This document shows positions 44,785-53,053 of a stretch of 64,000 nt of DNA, piece by piece. Source of the stretch: Myxococcota bacterium (lineage in GTDB: Bacteria > Myxococcota_A > UBA9160 > UBA6930); assembly GCA_965223705.1 (NCBI GenBank), contig OZ245015.1, positions 3,040,001 through 3,104,000 on the forward strand. The letters are read 5' to 3'. A program made the translations under genes and the position numbers. Position 1 is the first letter of the stretch; each line of letters opens with the position of its first letter. A model generated the notes under the pieces. That model was not told where the DNA came from, ran no database searches, and saw only the letters and a program-made list of their open reading frames with translations.

Positions 44785-45849
44785 TCACGCCCCGAGTTCG
44801 GTCTGCGCGATCTCCCAGCCGCGCTCGGCGAGCGAGCGGGCGCGAGCACCGCGCTCGAGCGCCTCTTCGGACGCGGCGTTGCCCTGCAGACCGCGCACGT
44901 ACACGCCGTGGGCGATGGCGGCGAGTCGGAACATGGAGAACACCATGTAGAACGGCCAGTCGGGGATGGAGTCGCGTCCCACGCGGCGCGCGTAGTCGGC
45001 GACGTAGGCGGACTCCTGCGGGAACCCGCACGCCTCGAGGTCGAGACCGCCGAGGCTCCCGACCTCTCCCGGGGCCAGGTGAAACGGCATGCAGTTGTAG
45101 GCGAAGTCGGCGTAGGGATGGCCCAGCGTCGACAGTTCCCAATCGAGCACCGCGAGGATTCTGGGCTCCGTCGGGTGGAGCACGACGTTCTCGAGGCGAA
45201 AGTCGCCGTGCACGATCGACGTGCGGTCGTCCGCGGGGATGTGATTCGGCAGCCAAGCCATGAGCGCTTCCATGGCCGGGATTTCCTCGGTCTTCGACTT
45301 CGCGTACTGCCGTACCCAGCGCGCGACCTGCCGCTCGATGTAACCCCCCACTTTCCCGTAGCCCTCGAGCCCCACCGAAGCGTAGTCAACACTATGGAGT
45401 GTCGCGATGGTCCGGTTCATCGAGTCGAATATCGCAAGGCGCTCGGCGGGGCTGCGGTCGGGCAGCGTAACCTCGCGCTCGATACGTCCCTCGACGAACT
45501 CCATGACGTAGAACGGGGTCCCGATGACATCCGGGTCGTCGCAGAAGTGCTCGACCTTGGGAAGCGGCACGCCGGAACCCGCCAGGGCGGCGATGACGCG
45601 GAACTCGCGATCGACGGCGTGCGCGGACGGGACGAGCTCTCCGGGGGGTTTCTTCCGCATCACCCAGCGAGTCTCTCCGGACTCCAGCATGAAGGTGGGA
45701 TTCGATTGACCGCCCTCGAACTGAAGGACGCGCAGGGGCGCGGACACGGCCGGTACGTGACGCTCGAGATACCGTTCGAGGGCCTTCTCATCGAAGCGAT
45801 GCGCAGTGCGCACCGGGGTGAGTTGTTGTCCGTCGTCGCCGGCGGTCAT
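44785..45849 (-). CDS. Phosphotransferase family protein (APH/ACAD10 N-terminal-like)
   Basis: GGQSNPT, SAHAVDRE, GTPFYVM, HGDFRLEN, LDWELSTLGHP; ATG at 45849 with a GAGGAG RBS. Confidence 0.9.
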   Translation of the reverse strand: MTAGDDGQQLTPVRTAHRFDEKALERYLERHVPAVSAPLRVLQFEGGQSNPTFMLESGETRWVMRKKPPGELVPSAHAVDREFRVIAALAGSGVPLPKVEHFCDDPDVIGTPFYVMEFVEGRIEREVTLPDRSPAERLAIFDSMNRTIATLHSVDYASVGLEGYGKVGGYIERQVARWVRQYAKSKTEEIPAMEALMAWLPNHIPADDRTSIVHGDFRLENVVLHPTEPRILAVLDWELSTLGHPYADFAYNCMPFHLAPGEVGSLGGLDLEACGFPQESAYVADYARRVGRDSIPDWPFYMVFSMFRLAAIAHGVYVRGLQGNAASEEALERGARARSLAERGWEIAQTELGA

Positions 45850-45909
45850 GTTCTCCTCGGCGGGCATTGTAACCGCCCCGGGGAGAGCGTGTTCCGTTAC
45901 TCTCGGCGC

Positions 45910-46812
45910 ATGCGGATCTCGATTGCGGGCGTGGGCAAGGTCGGATCGGCGCTGGCCTTTGCGGTGGTGTTGCGCTCGCTCGCGGAGGAGCTGGTACTCC
46001 TCGGCCGCTCCCCGGATCGCTGCGAAGGCGAGGCGCTCGATCTCAGCCATGCCGGCGCCCTCGCCGATCGCCCGCCGCGGGTCGTCGCGAGCGACATCGT
46101 GGGAAGCGCGGGCTCCGACGTTGTCGTGGTAACTGCCTCGACGCCGGTCGCGCCCGATGCCCGTTCGAGGCTCGAGCTCGCGCGTAGCAATGTCGCGCTG
46201 ATGAACGAACTCATCCCCGCCCTCATCGAAGCGAGTCCGCGCGCGATCTTCCTCGTCGTGACGAACCCCGTCGATGTGATCGCCACCCACGTTTGGCGCC
46301 TTGGCGTCCCGGGTGAGCGCGTTATCGGAACGGGCACCCTGATCGATAGCGCTCGCTATCGGAGCCTCCTCTCGGCCGAGGTCGGCATTCACCCCGAAGA
46401 CATCCGCGCGTACATTCTCGGCGAACACGGTGACAGTCAGTTCCCGGCACTTTCCGTCGCCCGCTCTGGCGGTGAGTGGGTCGGCGGATCCGAGGCAGCC
46501 CGCCCGCTCTTCGAAAAAGCGCGGGGGCTCGGCCACGAGGTGATGCAGCGCAAGGGATACACGAGTTACGCGATCGCAATCGCCGCAAGCTTGTTGCTGG
46601 CCTCGATCCGAGACGACGGGCGCCGCACGTTTCCGGTTTCGACGCCCGTCGATGGCTTTGCCGACGTCGACGACGTATGCCTTTCGGTTCCGGCGGTGAT
46701 CGGACGCGCAGGCGTCGTGCGGCAACTCCATCCCGAGCTTTCGGGTGAGGAGATGCTGTCCTTCCAACGATCTGCGGAAGTCGTCCGTACCGCGTACCGA
46801 GACGCCCTATGA
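45910..46812 (+). CDS. L-lactate/malate dehydrogenase family protein
   Basis: ISIAGVGKVG, GEALDL, VTNPVD, GTLIDSAR, GEHGDS, KGYT. Confidence 0.88.
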   Translation: MRISIAGVGKVGSALAFAVVLRSLAEELVLLGRSPDRCEGEALDLSHAGALADRPPRVVASDIVGSAGSDVVVVTASTPVAPDARSRLELARSNVALMNELIPALIEASPRAIFLVVTNPVDVIATHVWRLGVPGERVIGTGTLIDSARYRSLLSAEVGIHPEDIRAYILGEHGDSQFPALSVARSGGEWVGGSEAARPLFEKARGLGHEVMQRKGYTSYAIAIAASLLLASIRDDGRRTFPVSTPVDGFADVDDVCLSVPAVIGRAGVVRQLHPELSGEEMLSFQRSAEVVRTAYRDAL

Positions 46813-46851
46813 TGGGCGGGACGAACCCTATTCGGCTATTCGGAGAATGCC

Positions 46852-47991
46852 ATGCTGCTTTCTGAGGAACAGGAGCTGATCCGAGACACGGCGCGCGATT
46901 TCGCGCGCGCCGAGCTCGCCCCACACGCCGCGGAATGGGACCGCGCTGGAAAACTCCCCCGCGACGTGCTGTCGCGCATGGGAGAACTGGGCTTTCTCGG
47001 AATGGTGGTCCCCGAAGAATACGGAGGAGCCGGAGCGGACACCGTCTCCTACGTCCTCGCCCTGATGGAAATCGCCGGAGGCGACGGCGGGGTCTCGACG
47101 ATCATGAGCGTGCAGAATTCGCCGATGTGCGCCGCGATCCTCGGCTACGGAAGCGAGGAACAAAAACGGACGCACTTACCGGTCCTGGCGAGCGGTGAGC
47201 AAATCGGTGCGTTTCTCCTCACGGAACCCCAAGCGGGGTCCGACGCATCGCAGCTATTGACGAAAGCAGTGCCCGACGGCGGCGGCTACGCCCTCTCGGG
47301 CACCAAGCAGTTCATCACGTCGGGTCGGACCGGCGACCTCGCCATGATCTTCGCCGTAACGGACGCCCAAGCGGGAAAGCGCGGAATCAGTTGCTTCCTC
47401 GCGCCGACGGACGCACCGGGTTACATCGTCGCGAAAGAAGAGAAGAAACTCGGGCAGAACTCGTCCGATACCTGCCAGATTGTTCTCGACGGACTGAAGG
47501 TCGACTCGGACGCGATGCTCGGAGCTCCCGGCCAAGGCTACAAGATCGCGCTCGCGAACTTGTCCATCGGTCGCATCGGCATCGCGGCACAGGCCGTGGG
47601 GATGGCGTCAGCGGCACTCGACTTTGCGGTTCAGTACGGGCGAGACCGCGAGTCGTTCGGCCAGCCGATCATCGAGCACCAGGCCGTAGGGCACCGTCTG
47701 GCAGACCTGGCGACCCGGGTGGAGATGGCCCGGCTGGGCGTGTTGCATGCCGCGACACTGCGCGACGCTGGCCGTCCGTGCCTACGAGAAGCGTCGATGG
47801 CAAAGCTGTTTGCTTCGGAAATGGCCGAACAGGTCTGCTCCGGCGCGATCCAGACCTTGGGCGGCTATGGCTACCTCGCCGACTACCCGGTCGAGCGGAT
47901 CTACCGCGACGTCCGGGTCTGCCAGATCTACGAAGGAACGAGCGACGTTCAGCGCATGGTCATCGCGCGTGATCTAGCGACCGATCGCTAG
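46852..47991 (+). CDS. Acyl-CoA dehydrogenase (short/branched-chain type)
   Basis: AFLLTEPQAGSD, GTKQFIT, GRIGIAAQ, KLFASE, GGYGY, QIYEGTSD. Confidence 0.93.
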   Translation: MLLSEEQELIRDTARDFARAELAPHAAEWDRAGKLPRDVLSRMGELGFLGMVVPEEYGGAGADTVSYVLALMEIAGGDGGVSTIMSVQNSPMCAAILGYGSEEQKRTHLPVLASGEQIGAFLLTEPQAGSDASQLLTKAVPDGGGYALSGTKQFITSGRTGDLAMIFAVTDAQAGKRGISCFLAPTDAPGYIVAKEEKKLGQNSSDTCQIVLDGLKVDSDAMLGAPGQGYKIALANLSIGRIGIAAQAVGMASAALDFAVQYGRDRESFGQPIIEHQAVGHRLADLATRVEMARLGVLHAATLRDAGRPCLREASMAKLFASEMAEQVCSGAIQTLGGYGYLADYPVERIYRDVRVCQIYEGTSDVQRMVIARDLATDR

Positions 47992-50222
47992 AAGCGGTGG
48001 GTCCACGCGACCTTTCCGATGCCCCGCGTTCGGGTGCCGCGAATCCTATCTCCGTCGGCATCGAAGTCCTGGCCGAAGATCAGGTAGAAGTCGTCGCCGG
48101 GCTGCACGATCCAGTGGAGCCTCGCTTGGAAGCCGATGCTCCGGGTGACATTGTCGTATTGGGTCAGCGTCTCGACGGAGATATCGGGATTGATTCCGAT
48201 CGTCGTACGCACACGCAGGAGCCGCTTCGTGAAGTCCCCTTCTTCGAGGGCGACGTCGAACTCTTCGTAGAAAACGCTCGCGGTAAAATGCTTTGACGGT
48301 CGGAAGCCCAGGGTCCCCCGCCACAGCACGAGCTCTCCGTTCCAGAAATCGCCCCAAGCGAATTCGAACTCGACGTTCACCGGGCGCGAGTCGGCGGTTT
48401 TCAGGATCCACTTGTTGCCCCACCAGCTCTGCCGCTGGGGCAACAGCGTGACTCCCTCGGCGATCTCGAACGCCGCTTCGAGTTCCTCCGTGCGACGGAC
48501 GACTTCGACGGCAAAGGAATCGCCCGCCTGGTTCGACAGATCGATGATGCGCCACAACAACCTTGAGGACTGAATCTCCGAACCGTCCGCTGTCGTGACA
48601 TCTCCGTCGAAGGATGTATCGACGGTGCGAAGCCAGCCCTCGGGGCGCCAACGTCGACGCACTTCGGCGTCATAGCGGCGAATTCCGAGCCGATTGACGA
48701 ACCCCAGGCCGGGGAAGAAATTCGCCTCGAGTTCTTGGACGCCGAGCAGAATGTCCCAGCGATCGTTGGGGTACTCGAGCTGCGCACCCCACGCCAGGGA
48801 GTCGCCGGCGAGGCCCGACGTCGATGACCGCTGCACCCAGAAGTCCGCGGCGACGACGCGGTTCCCGAAGACATGACTGTTCCGATAGCGAAAATCCGCA
48901 CCGAACAGATGGTTGTCCCGATTCTGCGACGGATCGCCACGTGTGCCGACGAAGCCGATCGTCGACTCTTCGAACACGTTGTAGCTCATGCGTGCGACGA
49001 GCAGGTTCTTCCGTTCGATATCTGCGATCGAATCGGTGTGCGCTCCCAACAGACCGACACTGAGGGGTCCTTCACGGCCCGAAATCTTGAGCCCTCCGCG
49101 AATGGGCACAGGATCCGGCTCGACGAGTCCGATTTCCTCGAAGAACAAGCCGATCTTTCGAGAGAAATACGGTCGGCCGTTTTCCGTCAACCCTCCGAAG
49201 CCCTCGAAGATCCCGGCGTCTTGCAGGAAGAAGTCGCGTGTCTCCGGAAAGAACTGATCGAAACGCGTGACGTTGATCTGTCGTTCGTCCGGAAAATTCT
49301 CGGCGAAGTCGGTGTTGAGCGTGGCGACGCCGGTGATGCCGGGGGAGAGCTTGTAAAAGATGTCGAGGGAAGGGTCGAAGGACGTGAAGTCCCGGGATGA
49401 CGGGTGTTCGTGTTGCTGTGTCAGCGTCCCGGACGTCACGACATCGAGGCCCAAGCCTTGCTCGAGACCGACCAACCCCGTCAGCACGCCGGCGTTCGCG
49501 ACGTCGAGAAAACTCCGGTTCTGAGAGAAGTTCGTCCACCGTGTGCGCTCGTTGTGACGCCGAATCACGCGCATGGAATTGAAGCCCCAGATCGAGCTAT
49601 CCGGGTCGAAGTTCAGCGTCTGAAACGGAATGCGAAGCTCTGCACTCCAGCCCTCGGCGTCGATCTGCGCCTTCCCGTCCCAAATCCCGTCCCATTCCCG
49701 CCGAAACACGCGATTCGCTTCGGTGAGGGCATCGAGGCGCGCCCCGTTCGCGTTCACCTGAAACATGAAGCCATTGCGGCGATCGTGGAAGGTGTCGAAC
49801 AGGAAGGTCACGCGGTCGTCGGAATCGAGCTCGGCGTCTCGGGCCAGCTTCGTCGCGATGATCGCGGCGGGGTTGTCGTCGAAACAGCGCGCCGCGATGT
49901 ACAAGTAGCGCCCGTCGTGAGCGAGCCGGACTTCCGTCTGGAACGTGGGCTCGACCCCTTCCCGCGGCTCGACCTGGGTGAAGTCGCCGATCGGCGGGAT
50001 CTTCCTCCAGACCTCGTCATCGAGGCGGCCGTCGATGCGAGGAGACACGTCGATCCGCACCACTTCCGCGCGGGCCTCCTCCCCGTTTCCGAGACGTGCG
50101 ACCTCAGCGGCCGCGGGGACTCCGGTGGCTAACCAGACCGCCACGCCGATGGACGCGAGAAATATCGTTCGCGGGCATCGGAGCCGGGGTTTCGACCCGT
50201 CCGCCCGACCCGGGTAGCCCAT
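47988..50222 (-). CDS. CBM9-like + DUF5916 putative outer-membrane beta-barrel protein
   Basis: Signal peptide; PRIDGRLDDEVW, FTQVEP, DTFHDRRNG, WSAELRIPF, LNTDFA, RF..FFPE.R.FF; C-terminal Phe (AWTHRF). Start uncertain. Confidence 0.78.
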   Translation of the reverse strand: MGYPGRADGSKPRLRCPRTIFLASIGVAVWLATGVPAAAEVARLGNGEEARAEVVRIDVSPRIDGRLDDEVWRKIPPIGDFTQVEPREGVEPTFQTEVRLAHDGRYLYIAARCFDDNPAAIIATKLARDAELDSDDRVTFLFDTFHDRRNGFMFQVNANGARLDALTEANRVFRREWDGIWDGKAQIDAEGWSAELRIPFQTLNFDPDSSIWGFNSMRVIRRHNERTRWTNFSQNRSFLDVANAGVLTGLVGLEQGLGLDVVTSGTLTQQHEHPSSRDFTSFDPSLDIFYKLSPGITGVATLNTDFAENFPDERQINVTRFDQFFPETRDFFLQDAGIFEGFGGLTENGRPYFSRKIGLFFEEIGLVEPDPVPIRGGLKISGREGPLSVGLLGAHTDSIADIERKNLLVARMSYNVFEESTIGFVGTRGDPSQNRDNHLFGADFRYRNSHVFGNRVVAADFWVQRSSTSGLAGDSLAWGAQLEYPNDRWDILLGVQELEANFFPGLGFVNRLGIRRYDAEVRRRWRPEGWLRTVDTSFDGDVTTADGSEIQSSRLLWRIIDLSNQAGDSFAVEVVRRTEELEAAFEIAEGVTLLPQRQSWWGNKWILKTADSRPVNVEFEFAWGDFWNGELVLWRGTLGFRPSKHFTASVFYEEFDVALEEGDFTKRLLRVRTTIGINPDISVETLTQYDNVTRSIGFQARLHWIVQPGDDFYLIFGQDFDADGDRIRGTRTRGIGKVAWTHRF

Positions 50223-50365
50223 GGGATTCCTCGGGGGTTTCCGGCCGACAAGCGGGCCGGAGCTCGCGAATTGAAGCGCGGCGCCGTTTCCGCGTCAAAC
50301 TGGCGATGAGATTCTCCACGACCGTAGGGGAAAAACCACGAACCAATCGCTATGCTCGGCGCACC

Positions 50366-51397
50366 GTGCTCGGAACCGGTCCGCGATACTTGTGGTGGCT
50401 CTACGTGCTGTTGGCTCTGCAGGTGGCCGGCCTGGCCGACGCCGCGGAACGCGAAAGCCCGTGCCTGCCCCAGGGCGAGACGCTCCTCGCCGCGCCCGAG
50501 ACCTCAGCGCCGGAGAGCGCACGCTTCCTGTTCGCCCCGGGCGAATGCCTTCGCTACCGGGTCTCGTACTTGGGCGTTCCGGTGGGTTACGCGCGGATCG
50601 GTGTCCTCAGTGTCGGGCACCTTCCGACGGGAAGTGCGGTAGCTCACGTCGTCGCCGTAGCCGAGACCAACGCCGTCTTCTCGCGCCTCTACCGCGTCGA
50701 AGATCGAAGCGAAGCTTGGATCGACTTGGCATCTCAGCGGACGCTCCGGACGCGGACCGAGACCCGGCACGCGCGCAAGCGGGTATCCGAGGAAGTCAAC
50801 TTCGACTGGGAGACGCACTTCGTCGCGATTTCGCGAACGAAGTGGCACAAAGAGAAGCACTACGACATCGGCTTCGATTTCGGACCCGACATCCACGATA
50901 CCTTCGACGCCTTCTACGCCATGCGAGCCGCGCGCGACGACGTCGGGGACCGACGCGAGATTCCCATCTACGCGTCCCGGAAGATCTACGGTTTTCATCT
51001 GGATTACGAACGCGTCGAGACGATCGACTCCGAGGCCTTGGGCGCCGTCGAAGCGATCCGTGTGATACCGCGCGACACCGTCGATGGTGAACGCGCGGGG
51101 AACGGCGCGGGTAAGGTCTGGATCACGCGGGACGCCAGGCGACTGCCTCTCCGCATCCGTGGCTGGCTCAATGGCGAAGGTTTCGTGCTCGGCGGAGTCG
51201 CGGCCGAGCTGGTGGAATACGTGCCGGGAACGGAGCCCTTCGCGGCCGGAGAAGCTTCGGTCGCCGACCTCTTCCCGACGCGAGACGGCCGGCCCGCCTG
51301 GGATCCTCCGCCGCATCTCACCGCGTTGCGTCGCGACCGAGGCCTCGTTGCCTGGGAGAAAAAGACGAGGCTACCCTGTCGGGGATGCATCCCCTAG
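50366..51397 (+). CDS. DUF3108-like exported protein
   Basis: Signal peptide; FAPGE.LRYRVSYLGVPVG, YRVEDR, GAVEAIRV.P, VWITRDARRLPLRI. Confidence 0.72.
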   Translation: MLGTGPRYLWWLYVLLALQVAGLADAAERESPCLPQGETLLAAPETSAPESARFLFAPGECLRYRVSYLGVPVGYARIGVLSVGHLPTGSAVAHVVAVAETNAVFSRLYRVEDRSEAWIDLASQRTLRTRTETRHARKRVSEEVNFDWETHFVAISRTKWHKEKHYDIGFDFGPDIHDTFDAFYAMRAARDDVGDRREIPIYASRKIYGFHLDYERVETIDSEALGAVEAIRVIPRDTVDGERAGNGAGKVWITRDARRLPLRIRGWLNGEGFVLGGVAAELVEYVPGTEPFAAGEASVADLFPTRDGRPAWDPPPHLTALRRDRGLVAWEKKTRLPCRGCIP

Positions 51398-52347
51398 GAA
51401 TCGTCCTCTCCACGGTCGTCGACGCGGGCGTCGGGAGCTTTGTCGAGCTCGGCCAACTCGCCGAAAACCATGGTTTCGCAGCCGTCCTGGTGAATGAAGG
51501 GCGCGGCGACGCGCTCGCTTGCAGTCAGGCGATCGCGGAGAACACCGAGCGGATCCGCGTCGGCACGAACATCGCGAACATCTACTTCCGCCATCCCTAC
51601 CTGGCCGCGCACACCTCGGCGACGATCGCAGATCTCTCGGGTGGGCGGCTGGTGTTGGGCCTCGGCGTCAGTCACCGCCCTCTCCTCGAGTCTCTCGGAA
51701 TCGATATGGGAGATCCGCGGGAGACCCTTCGGAACTACGCGGACACGGTGCGGCGCGTGTTGGCCGGCGAGAAGGTCGCGCGGCTCTTCGAGGGAAAGGC
51801 TGCGAAGCATCCGGTACCGGTGCTCCTCGCCTCGCTCACGGTCGAAAGTGCGGCGGTGGCTGGCGAGGTCTCCGACGGGTTGATGCCCTTCTTGCCGACG
51901 CGCGACTACATCGGCGTTCTGCGGACGGCGGCGGCGGAAGCGGCGAAAGCGAGCGGACGCGGCGATCCGGATCTCGACTGCATTGTCAGCATCCCGACCT
52001 TCCTCTCAGACGACGAAGACGCCGCACGATCTGCCGCGCGCTACAACCTCGCGTTCTTCGCGCAGCTGCCGTTCTACCGACGGCAGTGGCGACGCTGCGG
52101 TTTCGACGCTGCCGTCGATGCGCTCGGGGCGGCGTGGGAAAAGCGGGATCGAAAGCAAGCCGCAGCGTGTGTCCCGGATGCGCTGGTCGAACAGGTATGC
52201 GTCTTCGGGAGTGCCGACCAGTGTCGCGATCAGCTCGCGGCGTTTCACGAAGCGGGCGCGCTGATGCCCGTTCTCGCTGTGAGTCCGGTGAACGAAGATC
52301 GTCTGAGTGCGACCCGTCGCGCGATCGAAGTTCTCGCCCCGAAGTAG
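51385..52347 (+). CDS. Luciferase-like monooxygenase (LLM) class oxidoreductase, possibly F420-dependent
   Basis: AENHGF, TERIRVGTNI, RHP, LSGGRLVLGLGVS, AGEVSDG. Confidence 0.87.
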   Translation: MHPLGIVLSTVVDAGVGSFVELGQLAENHGFAAVLVNEGRGDALACSQAIAENTERIRVGTNIANIYFRHPYLAAHTSATIADLSGGRLVLGLGVSHRPLLESLGIDMGDPRETLRNYADTVRRVLAGEKVARLFEGKAAKHPVPVLLASLTVESAAVAGEVSDGLMPFLPTRDYIGVLRTAAAEAAKASGRGDPDLDCIVSIPTFLSDDEDAARSAARYNLAFFAQLPFYRRQWRRCGFDAAVDALGAAWEKRDRKQAAACVPDALVEQVCVFGSADQCRDQLAAFHEAGALMPVLAVSPVNEDRLSATRRAIEVLAPK

Positions 52348-52363
52348 CGAAGGAGGAGCACTC

Positions 52364-53053
52364 GTGAGCGATCGACTGTTCAGCAATGAAGAGCTGCGCC
52401 AGATGGAGCAGAGAAGTCTCGATCGGCTCCTCGAAGCGATCGACGGTGGCAACCTCGACGAGGCGCGCTCGGTCGCCAAGCGGATGTACAACGAGTTCGA
52501 GGCCATGCACGACCTCTACCGCGACTGGATCGCCGCCACCCTCTCCTCGATCGGGCGGCGGCACGGCGACGAGGAGCTCGAGGCGGTCATGGAGGAAGGC
52601 GTCCGGGATTGGTGGGGGCCCTTCTCGAAGACCCTCGGACGAGGCGATCGAAGCAACTTGGCAAAGCGGGTCCGTATGTTTGTCGCCGGGCTTCGGGGGC
52701 ACCTGCAGCCCATGCACATCGAAGAAGACGACGAAAAGATCGTCATTCAAATGCGGCCGTGCGGCAGCGGGGGGCGGCTGGTTCTCGAAGGGCGCTACGA
52801 AGGTCCGGACGCGCTACTGCAGATCGAGGGCGCGCAAACGCTCACCTACGGCCGAGACAGCTTCCCCGTCTACTGTGCCCACGAGCCGCCGATGGAGCAG
52901 GTCTCGATCGACGACAACGGACACCCGTTCGTGATCGTCGAGCCGGCCCACGAGATCGGGCGCGAGCACTGCTCCTTCCTGATCTACAAAGATCCCGAGC
53001 GGATTCCCGAGCGCTACTTCGAACGCGTCGGCCGGACGAAACCGACGGGCTAG
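52364..53053 (+). CDS. Hypothetical protein with PCGSGG / YCAH / C motif (putative metal site)
   Basis: GTG start with a strong AGGAGGAG RBS; codon usage like neighbouring genes; HDLYRDW, LRGH, RPCGSGGR, YCAHE, HCSFLIYK. Confidence 0.75.
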   Translation: MSDRLFSNEELRQMEQRSLDRLLEAIDGGNLDEARSVAKRMYNEFEAMHDLYRDWIAATLSSIGRRHGDEELEAVMEEGVRDWWGPFSKTLGRGDRSNLAKRVRMFVAGLRGHLQPMHIEEDDEKIVIQMRPCGSGGRLVLEGRYEGPDALLQIEGAQTLTYGRDSFPVYCAHEPPMEQVSIDDNGHPFVIVEPAHEIGREHCSFLIYKDPERIPERYFERVGRTKPTG

